This document shows positions 19,383 through 29,146 of a stretch of 64,000 nt of DNA, piece by piece. The notes beneath the pieces were generated by a model that saw only the letters and a list, made by a program, of their open reading frames with translations, made no database searches and was not told where the DNA came from. The translations under genes and the position numbers were made by a program. The first letter of the stretch is position 1; every line of letters starts with the position of its first letter. Origin of the DNA: Clostridiaceae bacterium. Its GTDB lineage: Bacteria; Bacillota; Clostridia; Saccharofermentanales; DTU023. The stretch is taken from the NCBI GenBank assembly GCA_012521015.1, contig JAAYNE010000036.1, positions 4,247-68,246 on the forward strand, read 5' to 3'.

Positions 19383-19636
19383 TGCTTGCACACATTTTAA
19401 GTTTATTCAGCAATCCGTCGGTACAACCTTAAATAATGTACAGATTCTTCAATAAAGCTTCGTTTTTGTGCAGTGCTTGCACACTTTTTAAGCTTATCCA
19501 GCAATCCGTCGGTACAACCTTAAATAATGTACAGATTCTTCAATAAAGCTTCGTTTTTGTGCAGTGCTTGCACACATTTTAAGTTTATTCAGTAATCCGT
19601 CGGTACAACCTTAAATAATGTGCAGATTCTTCAATT
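19383..19636. repeat. Tandem 91-bp repeat array, about 2.8 copies (hairpin-repeat family)
   Basis: Units start at 19383, 19474 and 19565. The core is TTGCACAC(A/T)TTTTAAG(T/C)TTAT-N13-GGTACAACCTTAAATAATGT(A/G)C. Confidence 0.9.
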
Positions 19637-20111
19637 AATTTGTATAACCTAAAATCATAAATAACGATCAACTTTAACTTGTTGGAATAATATAAAAAAA
19701 GAGTAAACGGGTTTATCTAAAAAATTCGTATCGTGTTTTGTTAATAAGAACAAGGCAAGGAATGGTTATTTTATTCCGAAAGGAAACGATTCTGATAAAA
19801 CTTGTTTAACAACGTATTAAGATGGTGTTTATCACTATTTGAAATCAATTCGTATAATCGAAATATAGATTATGATGAGTGTTTAATTAAAGGAAAATGG
19901 ATATAAATCAAAGTGAGTTTAAGCTTGTTTATTCTAAATCATTAAATCTGTTCACTTTTTTGATTTAACGATCTGAATCCATCTGGTACGTAATTTTTGA
20001 TACCTCAGACATGATTGTCTTACGATTCTGTGTCAAAAAAGCCACTTCTGCGGATTTGACCCGGTAATGCACCCACAGGCACGTAATTTTTGGCACATCT
20101 GTTCTTCTATC

Positions 20112-20771
20112 TTACGATTTTGGAGGTTTGATTTTGAATTTCGGTAAGCTCAATTTGAACTTTGCAGAAATAAACCTGATCAGAACAATTGCTGCTGCCG
20201 AAATCATCATGGCAACATTGCCGGCAAGATATTGGCGTAATACGAAATAAATTAAGGCACCGATGATTGAGGCTAATCCATAGACATGTTTTGTAAAAAT
20301 GTAAGGTTTTTTTGTGGTAAAGATATCGCGCAGAACACCGCCGCCGCATCCGGTTAAAAAACCGACAAATACAATTAAGAGTAGATTATCACTATGTCCT
20401 GAGTTAATTGCCACATTAGCACCTGTCATAGTAAAAGCACCTAAGCCGATTGCATCGGAGATGTTGATCAGAGTTTTTAAATGTGAAGTAATCACTTCCG
20501 GAATAAGCCTGAAATGATTCCAAATCTTGATTCCGATTAGAAAAACAATAATTGTAATAAATGCTACTGTAACATAAATTGGTTGACGAAATGCATTTGG
20601 CGGAACGACACCTAATGTGACATCGCGCATAATTCCTCCGCCGACAGCTGTAGTGATGCCTAGCGTAGTGATACCTAAAAGATCCATGTTGTTATCAATT
20701 GCCGCCACAGCACCGGAAATTGAAAAGGCGATTGTGCCAAGCATCTCCAATATGAAAAAAGTTAGCTCCAT
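20112..20771 (-). CDS. UPF0126 / TRIC-type membrane protein (YadS/YicG-like)
   Basis: 219 aa with about 7 TM segments. The duplicated glycine-rich motif of UPF0126 is present (GGGIMRDV and GGGVLRDI). Confidence 0.8.
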   Translation of the reverse strand: MELTFFILEMLGTIAFSISGAVAAIDNNMDLLGITTLGITTAVGGGIMRDVTLGVVPPNAFRQPIYVTVAFITIIVFLIGIKIWNHFRLIPEVITSHLKTLINISDAIGLGAFTMTGANVAINSGHSDNLLLIVFVGFLTGCGGGVLRDIFTTKKPYIFTKHVYGLASIIGALIYFVLRQYLAGNVAMMISAAAIVLIRFISAKFKLSLPKFKIKPPKS

Positions 20772-20937
20772 GAAACCTCCAATTCGTGAAAAATGACATA
20801 ATCATTGATAATTTGACTATATTTTCATTGCCCAAAGGATAGCCCTTTTAACTATAACTGTAAAGATTCATTTATTTCACGATTTTATATTACAATAATC
20901 TAAGATAATGATAATATGTTCGCCAAGGAGGTGCATT

Positions 20938-22137
20938 ATGTTAAAGAATAAATTATTTGAAATGTTGGATTTAAAAAAAGCAGATATGCTGAGAGATCGT
21001 CGTTGGTTACACCGACATCCCGAACTATCTTATGAGGAAGAAAAAACAAGTAATTACATTCTGCAACATTATGCCGGAAAAGATGTCAAGGTTGAGTCTA
21101 ATATTGGAGGCTACGGTATTAAAGTAACGATAGATTCGGGGAAACCGGGTAAGACGCTTGCTTTGCGGGCAGACTTTGATGCATTGCCGTTAGAAGAACA
21201 AACCGGACTTCCTTTCGCTTCCGAAAATCCCGGTGTAATGCATGCCTGCGGACACGATGCACATACTGCCTATATGATGGCACTGACAGATTGTCTGATT
21301 GAGTTAAAAGACGAATTGGTCGGAAAGATTGTTATAATTCACCAACCGGCAGAGGAAATGCCTCCCGGCGGAGCATTGATGATGATCAGGGACGGAGTCC
21401 TCGATGGTGTGGATAATGTTGTCGGTTGTCATGTTATGAGTCAGATGGATTGCGGAAATGTTTATTACCATGTCGGACCAACCCAGCAGTCGAGAGCAAA
21501 ATTTACGATCAGAGTTCAAGGCAAAGGCGGGCACGGTTCTTCGCCGCATGAAGCCAACGATTCAATTGTCATAGCAAGTCAATTGGTTGTCAATCTTCAG
21601 ACGATTATCAGTCGTCGTCTTAATCCTTTTGAACCAGGTGTGATCACGATCGGTTCCTTTGATGGAAAAGGTCAGTTTAATATTATCAAAGATTCGGTTG
21701 AACTGATTGGTGATGTGCGTTGCATGTCGGATCAGACAAAGCAATTGTTTGAATCGGAAATCAGAAACATCTGTCGCGGATTCGAAATTGCTTATTCATG
21801 TAAAATTGATCTTGACTACAAAAATGATTATCCTGTACTGGTCAATGATGAAAAAATGACAATGTTTGTTGTAGATGCGATAGAATCTGCAAACATTGAA
21901 GGTATGAATGATGTGCTGGATTGTGGCCCTTTACCGTCGTCGGAAGATTTTGCATATTATACGGAAATAGTGCCAAGCTGTTTCTTTTTTATCGGAGCAA
22001 AACCGCAAGGAGAAAGCTACCCTCATCATCATCCGAAATTCGATATTGATGAAAAATCAATGTTGTATGCTGCAAAAGCGATGGCGGCAGTAGTAGATAA
22101 ATATATGGAAGAACAAAAACAAATAATCACGAATTAA
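20938..22137 (+). CDS. M20-family amidohydrolase (N-acyl-amino-acid amidohydrolase type)
   Basis: I prefer the ATG at 20938, which has AAGGAGG 7 nt upstream. Motifs seen: HACGHDAH and GKGGHGSSPH. It is a paralog of the gene at 55404-56669. Confidence 0.88.
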   Translation: MLKNKLFEMLDLKKADMLRDRRWLHRHPELSYEEEKTSNYILQHYAGKDVKVESNIGGYGIKVTIDSGKPGKTLALRADFDALPLEEQTGLPFASENPGVMHACGHDAHTAYMMALTDCLIELKDELVGKIVIIHQPAEEMPPGGALMMIRDGVLDGVDNVVGCHVMSQMDCGNVYYHVGPTQQSRAKFTIRVQGKGGHGSSPHEANDSIVIASQLVVNLQTIISRRLNPFEPGVITIGSFDGKGQFNIIKDSVELIGDVRCMSDQTKQLFESEIRNICRGFEIAYSCKIDLDYKNDYPVLVNDEKMTMFVVDAIESANIEGMNDVLDCGPLPSSEDFAYYTEIVPSCFFFIGAKPQGESYPHHHPKFDIDEKSMLYAAKAMAAVVDKYMEEQKQIITN

Positions 22138-22193
22138 GAGAAATATCGTGTTCAACAAATAATAATGATTAGAAATTAGAGTTAAGGAAAAAA

Positions 22194-23105
22194 ATGGAAA
22201 CAAATAACGCTCAACAAATGAATGTCAATGGTAAAATAAAACATCCGCTTGCTGATTGGTTTATTCGATTATTTAAAGGATTCATGATCGGTTTCGGCGG
22301 AATTGTGCCCGGTCTATCCGGCGGTGTACTTTCGGTCATACTAGGTGTATACGATCGCATGATGAGTTTTTTAGGTAATATTCGTAAAGATTTTTTGAAA
22401 AATGTCAAATACTTCTTTCCAATTGGTATTGGTGGAGTTCTCGGAATTGTATTTTTTGCCGGAATAATTGAAGCTGCTTTCGGTACTTATGCAGCGTTAT
22501 TTACTGCATTGTTCATCGGCTTTGTTGCCGGAACGTTCCCTTCAGTTTATCGTACGGCCGGCAAACATGGTAGAGTAAGGTCTGATTGGGCAACATTGTT
22601 GATTGCTGCTGCTTTTGTCTTTGTTTTGATGTTACTTGGTGAACAAAACTTTACACAAGTTGAACCGAATATCATTGTTTGGCTCTTATCCGGTGCAATT
22701 GTCGCTTTAGGGTTTATTGTTCCGGGACTTAGTCCGTCGAATTTTTTAATTTATTTCGGCTTATATGACAAAATGGCATCTGGCATCAAAAATTTTGATT
22801 TTATGATGTTGATTCCATTTGTGATCGGAGCTGTAATCAGCATAATGTTATTTGCAAAATTTGTTAATTTCCTTTTCACAAAATACTATAGCAAGATGTA
22901 TCATATTATTCTTGGTTTGATTATAGGTTCGTCATTAGGAATTTTCCCGACAGTTATTTTCCCTGCCTTCAATACAGAAAATTTAGCTGCTATGCAAATG
23001 TCATTTGTTGTTGCCATAACAGTTAGTATTTTGATGTTTATTATCGGGATTGTTATATCTTATTTTTTCGGCAAACTGGAAGAAAAATACAGCCCGGAAG
23101 AGTAA
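22194..23105 (+). CDS. DUF368 family membrane protein (polyprenyl-phosphate transporter family)
   Basis: Polytopic protein of 303 aa. It carries the signature GGIVPGLSGGVLSVILGVY, typical of DUF368. Confidence 0.8.
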   Translation: METNNAQQMNVNGKIKHPLADWFIRLFKGFMIGFGGIVPGLSGGVLSVILGVYDRMMSFLGNIRKDFLKNVKYFFPIGIGGVLGIVFFAGIIEAAFGTYAALFTALFIGFVAGTFPSVYRTAGKHGRVRSDWATLLIAAAFVFVLMLLGEQNFTQVEPNIIVWLLSGAIVALGFIVPGLSPSNFLIYFGLYDKMASGIKNFDFMMLIPFVIGAVISIMLFAKFVNFLFTKYYSKMYHIILGLIIGSSLGIFPTVIFPAFNTENLAAMQMSFVVAITVSILMFIIGIVISYFFGKLEEKYSPEE

Positions 23106-23177
23106 ATGGTTCTTCTATCAGCTTTACATTAACAATTCTAATTTATATTTCAAATTTATAAGTTTTAGAAGGTCGGC

Positions 23178-24611
23178 TTATTCTTTCGGTACAAAAGTTC
23201 CGGGCGGATAGGTCGGATTTACATTCCAGAGAATCCATTCGTCAAATCCGGAGTCATAGACTGCTTCGATTTGCTTGTGAATTTCCGGGGCATTATATTC
23301 CATCCAATATCCGGACGGTAGATAACTGGCGGTAAAAGCTTGCAAATAAGGTCTGACATGAGCATAACCTTCCTGGTCAATCGCTTCCCGACCATCGATA
23401 ATTGCATCAGTCACAACACCGTATGGTTCTAAATCGGGTGCCGTATAGCGATTATTGCCTAAATCGGTGCCGACTCCGTTTGCCATGCTATAACCCACCG
23501 GTGCGCCATTAGCATAATGTGAAGGATAGATCATCGGACAAATATTATTGATTCCGGTCAAGCCGATGCTTCTCCAATCCTGACCTATTGCATGACCGTC
23601 TAAATCACTGGTCATAACAATAGAGAAAAGGTCAGCACCAAGCGGGATATTGTCTTTGTCTTGAATTTGGATTGCAGCAGTTTGTAAAAAACGATTGATT
23701 GCACTGTATTTTTTAGGTACCGTATCGGGTTCACCGTAATAAGCAGCCGAACCGTCTAAAGAACCGCCTGCCGGAAATCTGATATAGTCAAATTGGATTT
23801 CGTCTACACCTAAATCAATGACTTCTTCCGCAATATCGATTAAATATTGCCAGACTTCCTGATTGTAGGGATTGGCCCATGTTGCATTACCCTCGTGGGG
23901 AAACTGAATCGGTGTTCCGTCTTCATTTTGAATACATAAATCCGGTCGGACCGTTGCAAAAGTTTCATCCTTAAAACTAACGATTCGGGCTATTACTCTG
24001 ATTCCGTTAGCATGACATTTTTCGGTTATTCCCTTAATATCCCGATGTGTAATAGTGCAATTTAATTCTTTGACTAAAGGGATTTTACTATCGTAAAGAA
24101 CACCGTAGCTTTCTTTGACATCGACTACTATTGCATTAACTTCAGTTCCTTTAACTTCTTCCAGAAGTGAATCCAAATTATCTGTATCGTAAATGTAAAC
24201 ACCGCGAATTTTTTGATGTTCAAAGTTTGCTTCATGCTCGGACTCGGGTAGAGGACCGAAGTAATCCTCAACTTTTTCGTTTTCTTCCGGATCAAAATCT
24301 TCAGTTACTACATGGACAACACCTTTTTTATCAATATAAGTAGGTAGAGTTGTTTCATAAATGAAAGCATAAGGATCAGTCATCTCTGTCGTTGTTTCAT
24401 CGGCAACTTGAGTGTTGGTTGTAGTCTTGTCATTGTTAGCGGCTTTTTCCAATTCTGCTTTTTGCTGCCTATAATAGAAAAACACAAAGCCAACTGCTAA
24501 GAGAACAATAATTATGCCTAGAATAATGATTATTTTCTTTTGTTTGTCTTTTTTACTGCGTTCCAATTTAATTAGAATCGGTTGCGGCTTTCTGTTCTGC
24601 TCGTTTTCCAT
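23178..24611 (-). CDS. Membrane-anchored putative glycoside hydrolase (DUF4015-type TIM barrel)
   Basis: It has an N-terminal TM anchor (IIIILGIIIVLLAVGFVFFYY). Family-like strings are NAIVVDVKESYG, DEIQFDYIRFP and ICPMIYPSHY. Confidence 0.7.
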   Translation of the reverse strand: MENEQNRKPQPILIKLERSKKDKQKKIIIILGIIIVLLAVGFVFFYYRQQKAELEKAANNDKTTTNTQVADETTTEMTDPYAFIYETTLPTYIDKKGVVHVVTEDFDPEENEKVEDYFGPLPESEHEANFEHQKIRGVYIYDTDNLDSLLEEVKGTEVNAIVVDVKESYGVLYDSKIPLVKELNCTITHRDIKGITEKCHANGIRVIARIVSFKDETFATVRPDLCIQNEDGTPIQFPHEGNATWANPYNQEVWQYLIDIAEEVIDLGVDEIQFDYIRFPAGGSLDGSAAYYGEPDTVPKKYSAINRFLQTAAIQIQDKDNIPLGADLFSIVMTSDLDGHAIGQDWRSIGLTGINNICPMIYPSHYANGAPVGYSMANGVGTDLGNNRYTAPDLEPYGVVTDAIIDGREAIDQEGYAHVRPYLQAFTASYLPSGYWMEYNAPEIHKQIEAVYDSGFDEWILWNVNPTYPPGTFVPKE

Positions 24612-24639
24612 AAAAACAATTGATCCTTACTGTTGCGAA

Positions 24640-26148
24640 TTAATCTTTAATCTTTTGATTATAATCCGAAACCAGCTTTGATGCTACATCAACGTCGGAA
24701 TTGATTTGTACAGGAGTATTACCGATCATCTGATAATGCTCGGAACCTTTGCCGGCAATGAACAGTAAAGATTTTTTAGTTGACTTTACAGCCTGCTCAA
24801 AAGCTTCTTTGATGCCGGCTTCTCTTTCTTCGACAATTTTATAAGGACAATCAGCTTCAATTAAGTATTTAGCCATTGCGGCAGCAATTTCCGAATGTTC
24901 TCGAAAACCTGGATCGTCCGGAATTAAATAAACAAAATCGGCATGCTTGGCGGCAGATTCGGGCAAGTCTTCAATTCGATTAAGTCCTTTACTACCGCTT
25001 GCTCCGAATAAAGTGATTAATTGATAATCAGGAAAATGTTGCTTTATCATTTCGAAACTTTTATCAAAGCTTAGACTGGTATGAGCATAACTGACATGAC
25101 AGATAATTTTATTATCATGTGTAATATAAAGGTTGTCACGTCCCAGAGTTTCGATATTTTTTAATGCCGCAGCAGATTCTGATTTGGGAATTCCGAAAAA
25201 TTCTGTTAGTGCGATTGCACAGAGTGCATTTTCAATATTGTATGATCCGATTCCCGGTAAAGAAAATTGAGTAGTGTTAACTGTGAAATGATTGCTATTA
25301 GAATAAAAATCGATATTATCGGCAAAATAATCACAATTTTCCGATTGAGTTGAACAAGAAATACTTTGGATCCCTAATTTATCAATTTCCTGTTCAACTA
25401 AGTGAATATTTTCCATATCTTTGAAAATAACGGCAGTGTCGGACATTTGTAAGATTCGCAATTTAGATTCAAGATAATCTTGATAACTGGGATGTTCTAA
25501 AGGACTAATATGGTCACGCCCCAAATTGAGCAGACTCACAATATCAAATTCTATTCCGGTAACGCGATTATATTTCAAAGCTTGGGAAGACACTTCAAGA
25601 ACCATATATTCAAGACCGGATTCGACAGCATTTGCTAAGTGACTGAACAGATCTAAAGCTTCCGGTGTAGTGATGGTTGATTCTTCATTAATTTTTCCGT
25701 CAAAGGTTTCAATCGTAGAAATAATTCCGCAGGGTTGTTTGTTTTGCTTTGTCAACCAATGATCAATAATAGCTTTTACATAAGAAACCGTAGTAGATTT
25801 TCCTTTTGATCCGGTGACGCCGATTAATTTCAATTTGCGATCGGGTTGATTGTAGAATTCTTTACCGAGATAGGACATTGCCAACCGGATATCTTGAACA
25901 ATTATCCGCGGCAAATCAATTTTATAATCAACTTCAGAAATATAAGCTATAGCGCCTTTGACCTGTGCATCAAGCAAATATTGTTGTTTGAAATTAGCAC
26001 CTTTACAGAAAAACAGAGTGCCGGGTTCAACCTGACGTGAATCAAAAGTGATTTTCTTGATAGGAGTATCTACAACATTTGAATCAATCAATAATTGTTT
26101 TGCTGTTAAAACATTTAAAAAGTCATTTGTATTTTTTGTATTTTGCAT
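24640..26148 (-). CDS. murE: Mur ligase, MurE-type (UDP-MurNAc-L-Ala-D-Glu:diamino acid ligase)
   Basis: P-loop GVTGSKGKSTT and a three-domain Mur ligase layout. The position of the meso-DAP-specific DNPR motif reads DDPG (24907-24918). Confidence 0.8.
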   Translation of the reverse strand: MQNTKNTNDFLNVLTAKQLLIDSNVVDTPIKKITFDSRQVEPGTLFFCKGANFKQQYLLDAQVKGAIAYISEVDYKIDLPRIIVQDIRLAMSYLGKEFYNQPDRKLKLIGVTGSKGKSTTVSYVKAIIDHWLTKQNKQPCGIISTIETFDGKINEESTITTPEALDLFSHLANAVESGLEYMVLEVSSQALKYNRVTGIEFDIVSLLNLGRDHISPLEHPSYQDYLESKLRILQMSDTAVIFKDMENIHLVEQEIDKLGIQSISCSTQSENCDYFADNIDFYSNSNHFTVNTTQFSLPGIGSYNIENALCAIALTEFFGIPKSESAAALKNIETLGRDNLYITHDNKIICHVSYAHTSLSFDKSFEMIKQHFPDYQLITLFGASGSKGLNRIEDLPESAAKHADFVYLIPDDPGFREHSEIAAAMAKYLIEADCPYKIVEEREAGIKEAFEQAVKSTKKSLLFIAGKGSEHYQMIGNTPVQINSDVDVASKLVSDYNQKIKD

Positions 26149-26315
26149 TCGATTTCCTTTGCCTAAAATATTAATCCGTAGATTCTTAAGATTTTAAAAT
26201 TCTTAATGTTTTTAAAATCGGAGAAATCTTGATATATTAAAAATCTGTAAATTCTTAATACTTTAATGTTTCGTATTTTGATATTTCAGTGTATTCTGAT
26301 TGAATGATAACTAAA

Positions 26316-26353
26316 ATAAAGCTTGAAAAGCAAATATAAAGCTTGAAAAGCAA
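26316..26353. repeat. Two direct copies of an 18-mer (period 20 bp) immediately upstream of the arginase start
   Basis: ATAAAGCTTGAAAAGCAA occurs at 26316-26333 and again at 26336-26353, with a 2-nt spacer. The repeat ends 12 nt before the ATG at 26366. Confidence 0.85.
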
Positions 26354-26365
26354 TAGAGAGCGAAT

Positions 26366-27232
26366 ATGAAAACAATTTATTTTGTGAATAATTATTCCGG
26401 CGTACATGTTCCGGGATTGAAAGATAGTGTATATGCATTACGTGAAAAACTGAATTCAAACGGTATAGTCTTGGAAGAAAAAGATTTTGCAACAGATAGT
26501 TTAGCGACAGAGAATTTTGCGGCAGATAAATTTAAAACAATGAAAAATTATGCTGCTATTTTTGATATCTGTGCTCGTTGTAAAACATATGCTTGTGAAA
26601 TTTTCGCACAAGGGAATACGCCGGTAATGATTGCCGGCGATCACAGCATAGGCATGGCCAGTGTAGCTGCTACAGCAGCCAAATTTAATAATTTGGGTTT
26701 GGTCTGGGTTGATGCCCATTCCGATATTAATACTGACACAACCAGTACTACGGGGAATATTCATGGAATGCCGATTGCGTCATTGCTCGGTCTGGGCTCA
26801 CAAGAATTAACAAAGCTTTCAGGAAATGGACCTTGTCTTAAACCGGAGAATATTCTATATCTCGGTTTGCGAGATTTAGATCCGGCCGAAACGGAATTTT
26901 TAAATAATTTACCGACCAAAGCATATTACTATGATGAAATTGCGGTACGAGGTTTGAGTAATGTGCTGACGGAAATCAAAACAACTTGGAAAATAGAAAA
27001 CATTCATCTCAGTTTTGATTTTGATTCGATGAATCCTCAATTTATGCCCGGAGTTTCAGTTCCGGCTCCCGGCGGTTTTACCGAAGATGATGCATTGACA
27101 ATACTTGATTTCTTCAAAAATCACTTCAAGTGTCGTTCTTTTGATTTTGTTGAATATAATAGGACAAACGATATTGCTGATCAATCATTACATACTTGTC
27201 TTAAACTTATAAAATCTATCTTAGATAACTAA
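26366..27232 (+). CDS. Arginase/agmatinase-family ureohydrolase (arginase-like)
   Basis: Mn-binding signatures are GDHSIG, VDAHSDINT, LRDLDPAE and SFDFDS. Confidence 0.85.
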   Translation: MKTIYFVNNYSGVHVPGLKDSVYALREKLNSNGIVLEEKDFATDSLATENFAADKFKTMKNYAAIFDICARCKTYACEIFAQGNTPVMIAGDHSIGMASVAATAAKFNNLGLVWVDAHSDINTDTTSTTGNIHGMPIASLLGLGSQELTKLSGNGPCLKPENILYLGLRDLDPAETEFLNNLPTKAYYYDEIAVRGLSNVLTEIKTTWKIENIHLSFDFDSMNPQFMPGVSVPAPGGFTEDDALTILDFFKNHFKCRSFDFVEYNRTNDIADQSLHTCLKLIKSILDN

Positions 27233-27311
27233 TATCTGTTAAAATAATGTAAATAATATAATAGAGATGTAATATTTGCTAATTTTATTAGCACTGAATG
27301 GAAGGATTTAT

Positions 27312-27743
27312 ATGTTAATTCGAGACTGTTCAGGCGGTATAGTATTTTATAAAGATCAAGTTCTATTGATTCAAAATGAAAAAGGAGAATGGAGCTTTCC
27401 TAAAGGTATTATTCGTGGTGATAATGAAGCGGATGATATTGCAATTTGGCGTGTCAAAGACGAAAGTGATGTTGATGCGCGGATTATTGGCTTAGCAGGG
27501 AAAACCAGTTATGAATTCTATTCCATAACCAGAAAAAAACCGGTTGCCAATCGTATTAAATGGTACATCATGGTTTGTGATGATTTGAAGGCTTCGCCAA
27601 ATAGGGAACAAGGATTCATGGCTGCTAAATTTTTACCGATTGATGAAGCACTCAAAACGATAACTTATAGTCAAGATCGATCTTTGTTAATTTTAGCCAA
27701 TCAAAAATACAAAGAATTAAATGAGGGTTTTGATGAGTTCTGA
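27312..27743 (+). CDS. NUDIX-domain protein (divergent Nudix box)
   Basis: I prefer the ATG at 27312 (GGAAGGA upstream). The string WSFPKGIIRGDNEADDIAIWRVKDESDV resembles the GX5EX7REUXEEXGU box but diverges from it. Confidence 0.6.
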   Translation: MLIRDCSGGIVFYKDQVLLIQNEKGEWSFPKGIIRGDNEADDIAIWRVKDESDVDARIIGLAGKTSYEFYSITRKKPVANRIKWYIMVCDDLKASPNREQGFMAAKFLPIDEALKTITYSQDRSLLILANQKYKELNEGFDEF

Positions 27744-28368
27744 TTATCAATCAATTAAGCAATATGCAGAGATAGAATTTGAAGAAAAGAAATCCCGTTT
27801 TATCGGAATTGCCAAACCGCTGGAGAATCCTGTACAAGCAGAGGAGTTTATTGCAGAACAAAGATCCCGATTTCCAGACGCTACGCACCATGTCTATGCT
27901 TGGGTTCTCAATAAGCCTCAACATTTGCAACGTTATTCTGATGACGGTGAACCTCAGGGGACAGCCGGTTTGCCGGTATTGGATGTTTTACAAAAACAAA
28001 ATTTAGTTCAGGCAGGTATAGTTGTGATTCGCTATTATGGTGGTGTGAAACTTGGTACAGGAGGATTGGTCAGAGCATATAGTAAAGCAGCATCTTTGGC
28101 AGTAGAAATGGCAGAGCCGATAATCTGGCTGACCCATCGTATATATAATTTAAGATGTGATTACTCAAATGCAGAAAGAGTACGTTTTCAATTAAACCAA
28201 TTAAAATATAATCAAACCGAACCGGAATATACAGTGGATGTAAATTGGAAAGTTGCAGTCAGGCCGGAAAATGAAGAAAAGTTTATTACAATTTTGAAAG
28301 ACTTAACCAGTGATAATATCGATTATAAGAGGGGAGAACTTCAATTATTTCCCTCATCGATTAAATAA
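27733..28368 (+). CDS. YigZ / IMPACT (UPF0029) family protein
   Basis: Family-typical strings are EEKKSRFIGIA, ATHHVYAW and DDGEPQGTAGLPVL. It overlaps the end of the NUDIX gene. The ATG at 27733 has GAGGG 5 nt upstream; ATG at 27721 is an alternative. Confidence 0.82.
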   Translation: MSSDYQSIKQYAEIEFEEKKSRFIGIAKPLENPVQAEEFIAEQRSRFPDATHHVYAWVLNKPQHLQRYSDDGEPQGTAGLPVLDVLQKQNLVQAGIVVIRYYGGVKLGTGGLVRAYSKAASLAVEMAEPIIWLTHRIYNLRCDYSNAERVRFQLNQLKYNQTEPEYTVDVNWKVAVRPENEEKFITILKDLTSDNIDYKRGELQLFPSSIK

Positions 28369-28409
28369 CATCAAAGCGAAATACATAAGGATTCATATAT
28401 GGAGGGTAT

Positions 28410-29141
28410 ATGGCAGGTCATTCTAAATGGAATAACATTAAACGCAGAAAAGAAGCAGTAGATGCGAAAAGAGGAAAAATTTTCACAAAAATCGGACGTG
28501 AAATTTCCGTGGCGGTTAAAGAAGGTGGTCCTGATCCGGAAATGAACTTTGCTTTACAGTCTGCGATTGAGCGGGCTCGAGCCTATAATATGCCGAATGA
28601 TAACATTAAACGTTCGATCGATAATGCGTTGGGTGTCGGCGGAAGTTCGGATTTTACTGAAATTACTTATGAAGGATACGGAGCAGGCGGAGTTGCTGTT
28701 ATGGTCAGAGCTTTAACCGACAATCGCAATCGTACAGCCGGTGAAGTACGGCATCTCTTTGAAAAATTTGGCGGCAATCTGGGCAAGGACGGCAGTGTTG
28801 CCTTTCAATTTGAAACAAAAGGCAGTTTGATTTTAGCTAAAGAGAAATATTCCGATGAAGATCAAGTTATGATGGATGCTTTAGATGCAGGTTGTGAGGA
28901 CATAGAGATTTCGGATGATTTTTATGAGGTGATAACTGCACCTAACAACTATCATCAGGTTATGCAGGCTCTATCTAAAGCCGGTTATCAGTTCGAAGAT
29001 GTTTCTCTAGGTCCTGAACCGATTACTTTTGTCAGATTGACAGATTCCGAACAAATTGAAAAAATCGAGAAATTGCTTGAAAACCTAGAAGACATTGATG
29101 ATGTCCAAGATGTCTATCATAATTTGGAAGAATCAGAATAG
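28410..29141 (+). CDS. yebC: YebC/PmpR family DNA-binding regulator
   Basis: The N-terminus MAGHSKWNNIKRRK and the 243-aa length are typical of the family. Confidence 0.95.
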   Translation: MAGHSKWNNIKRRKEAVDAKRGKIFTKIGREISVAVKEGGPDPEMNFALQSAIERARAYNMPNDNIKRSIDNALGVGGSSDFTEITYEGYGAGGVAVMVRALTDNRNRTAGEVRHLFEKFGGNLGKDGSVAFQFETKGSLILAKEKYSDEDQVMMDALDAGCEDIEISDDFYEVITAPNNYHQVMQALSKAGYQFEDVSLGPEPITFVRLTDSEQIEKIEKLLENLEDIDDVQDVYHNLEESE

Positions 29142-29146
29142 ATTGC

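Noticed and set aside
19988-20125. Possible degenerate duplication at the 3' end of the UPF0126 gene. ACGTAATTTTTG recurs at an offset of 93 nt and CTTACGATT at an offset of 92 nt.
   Set aside because: Only two short identical blocks (12 and 9 nt) with diverged sequence between them. The similarity to the 92-bp period of the repeat family may be coincidental. The evidence is too weak to call a feature.
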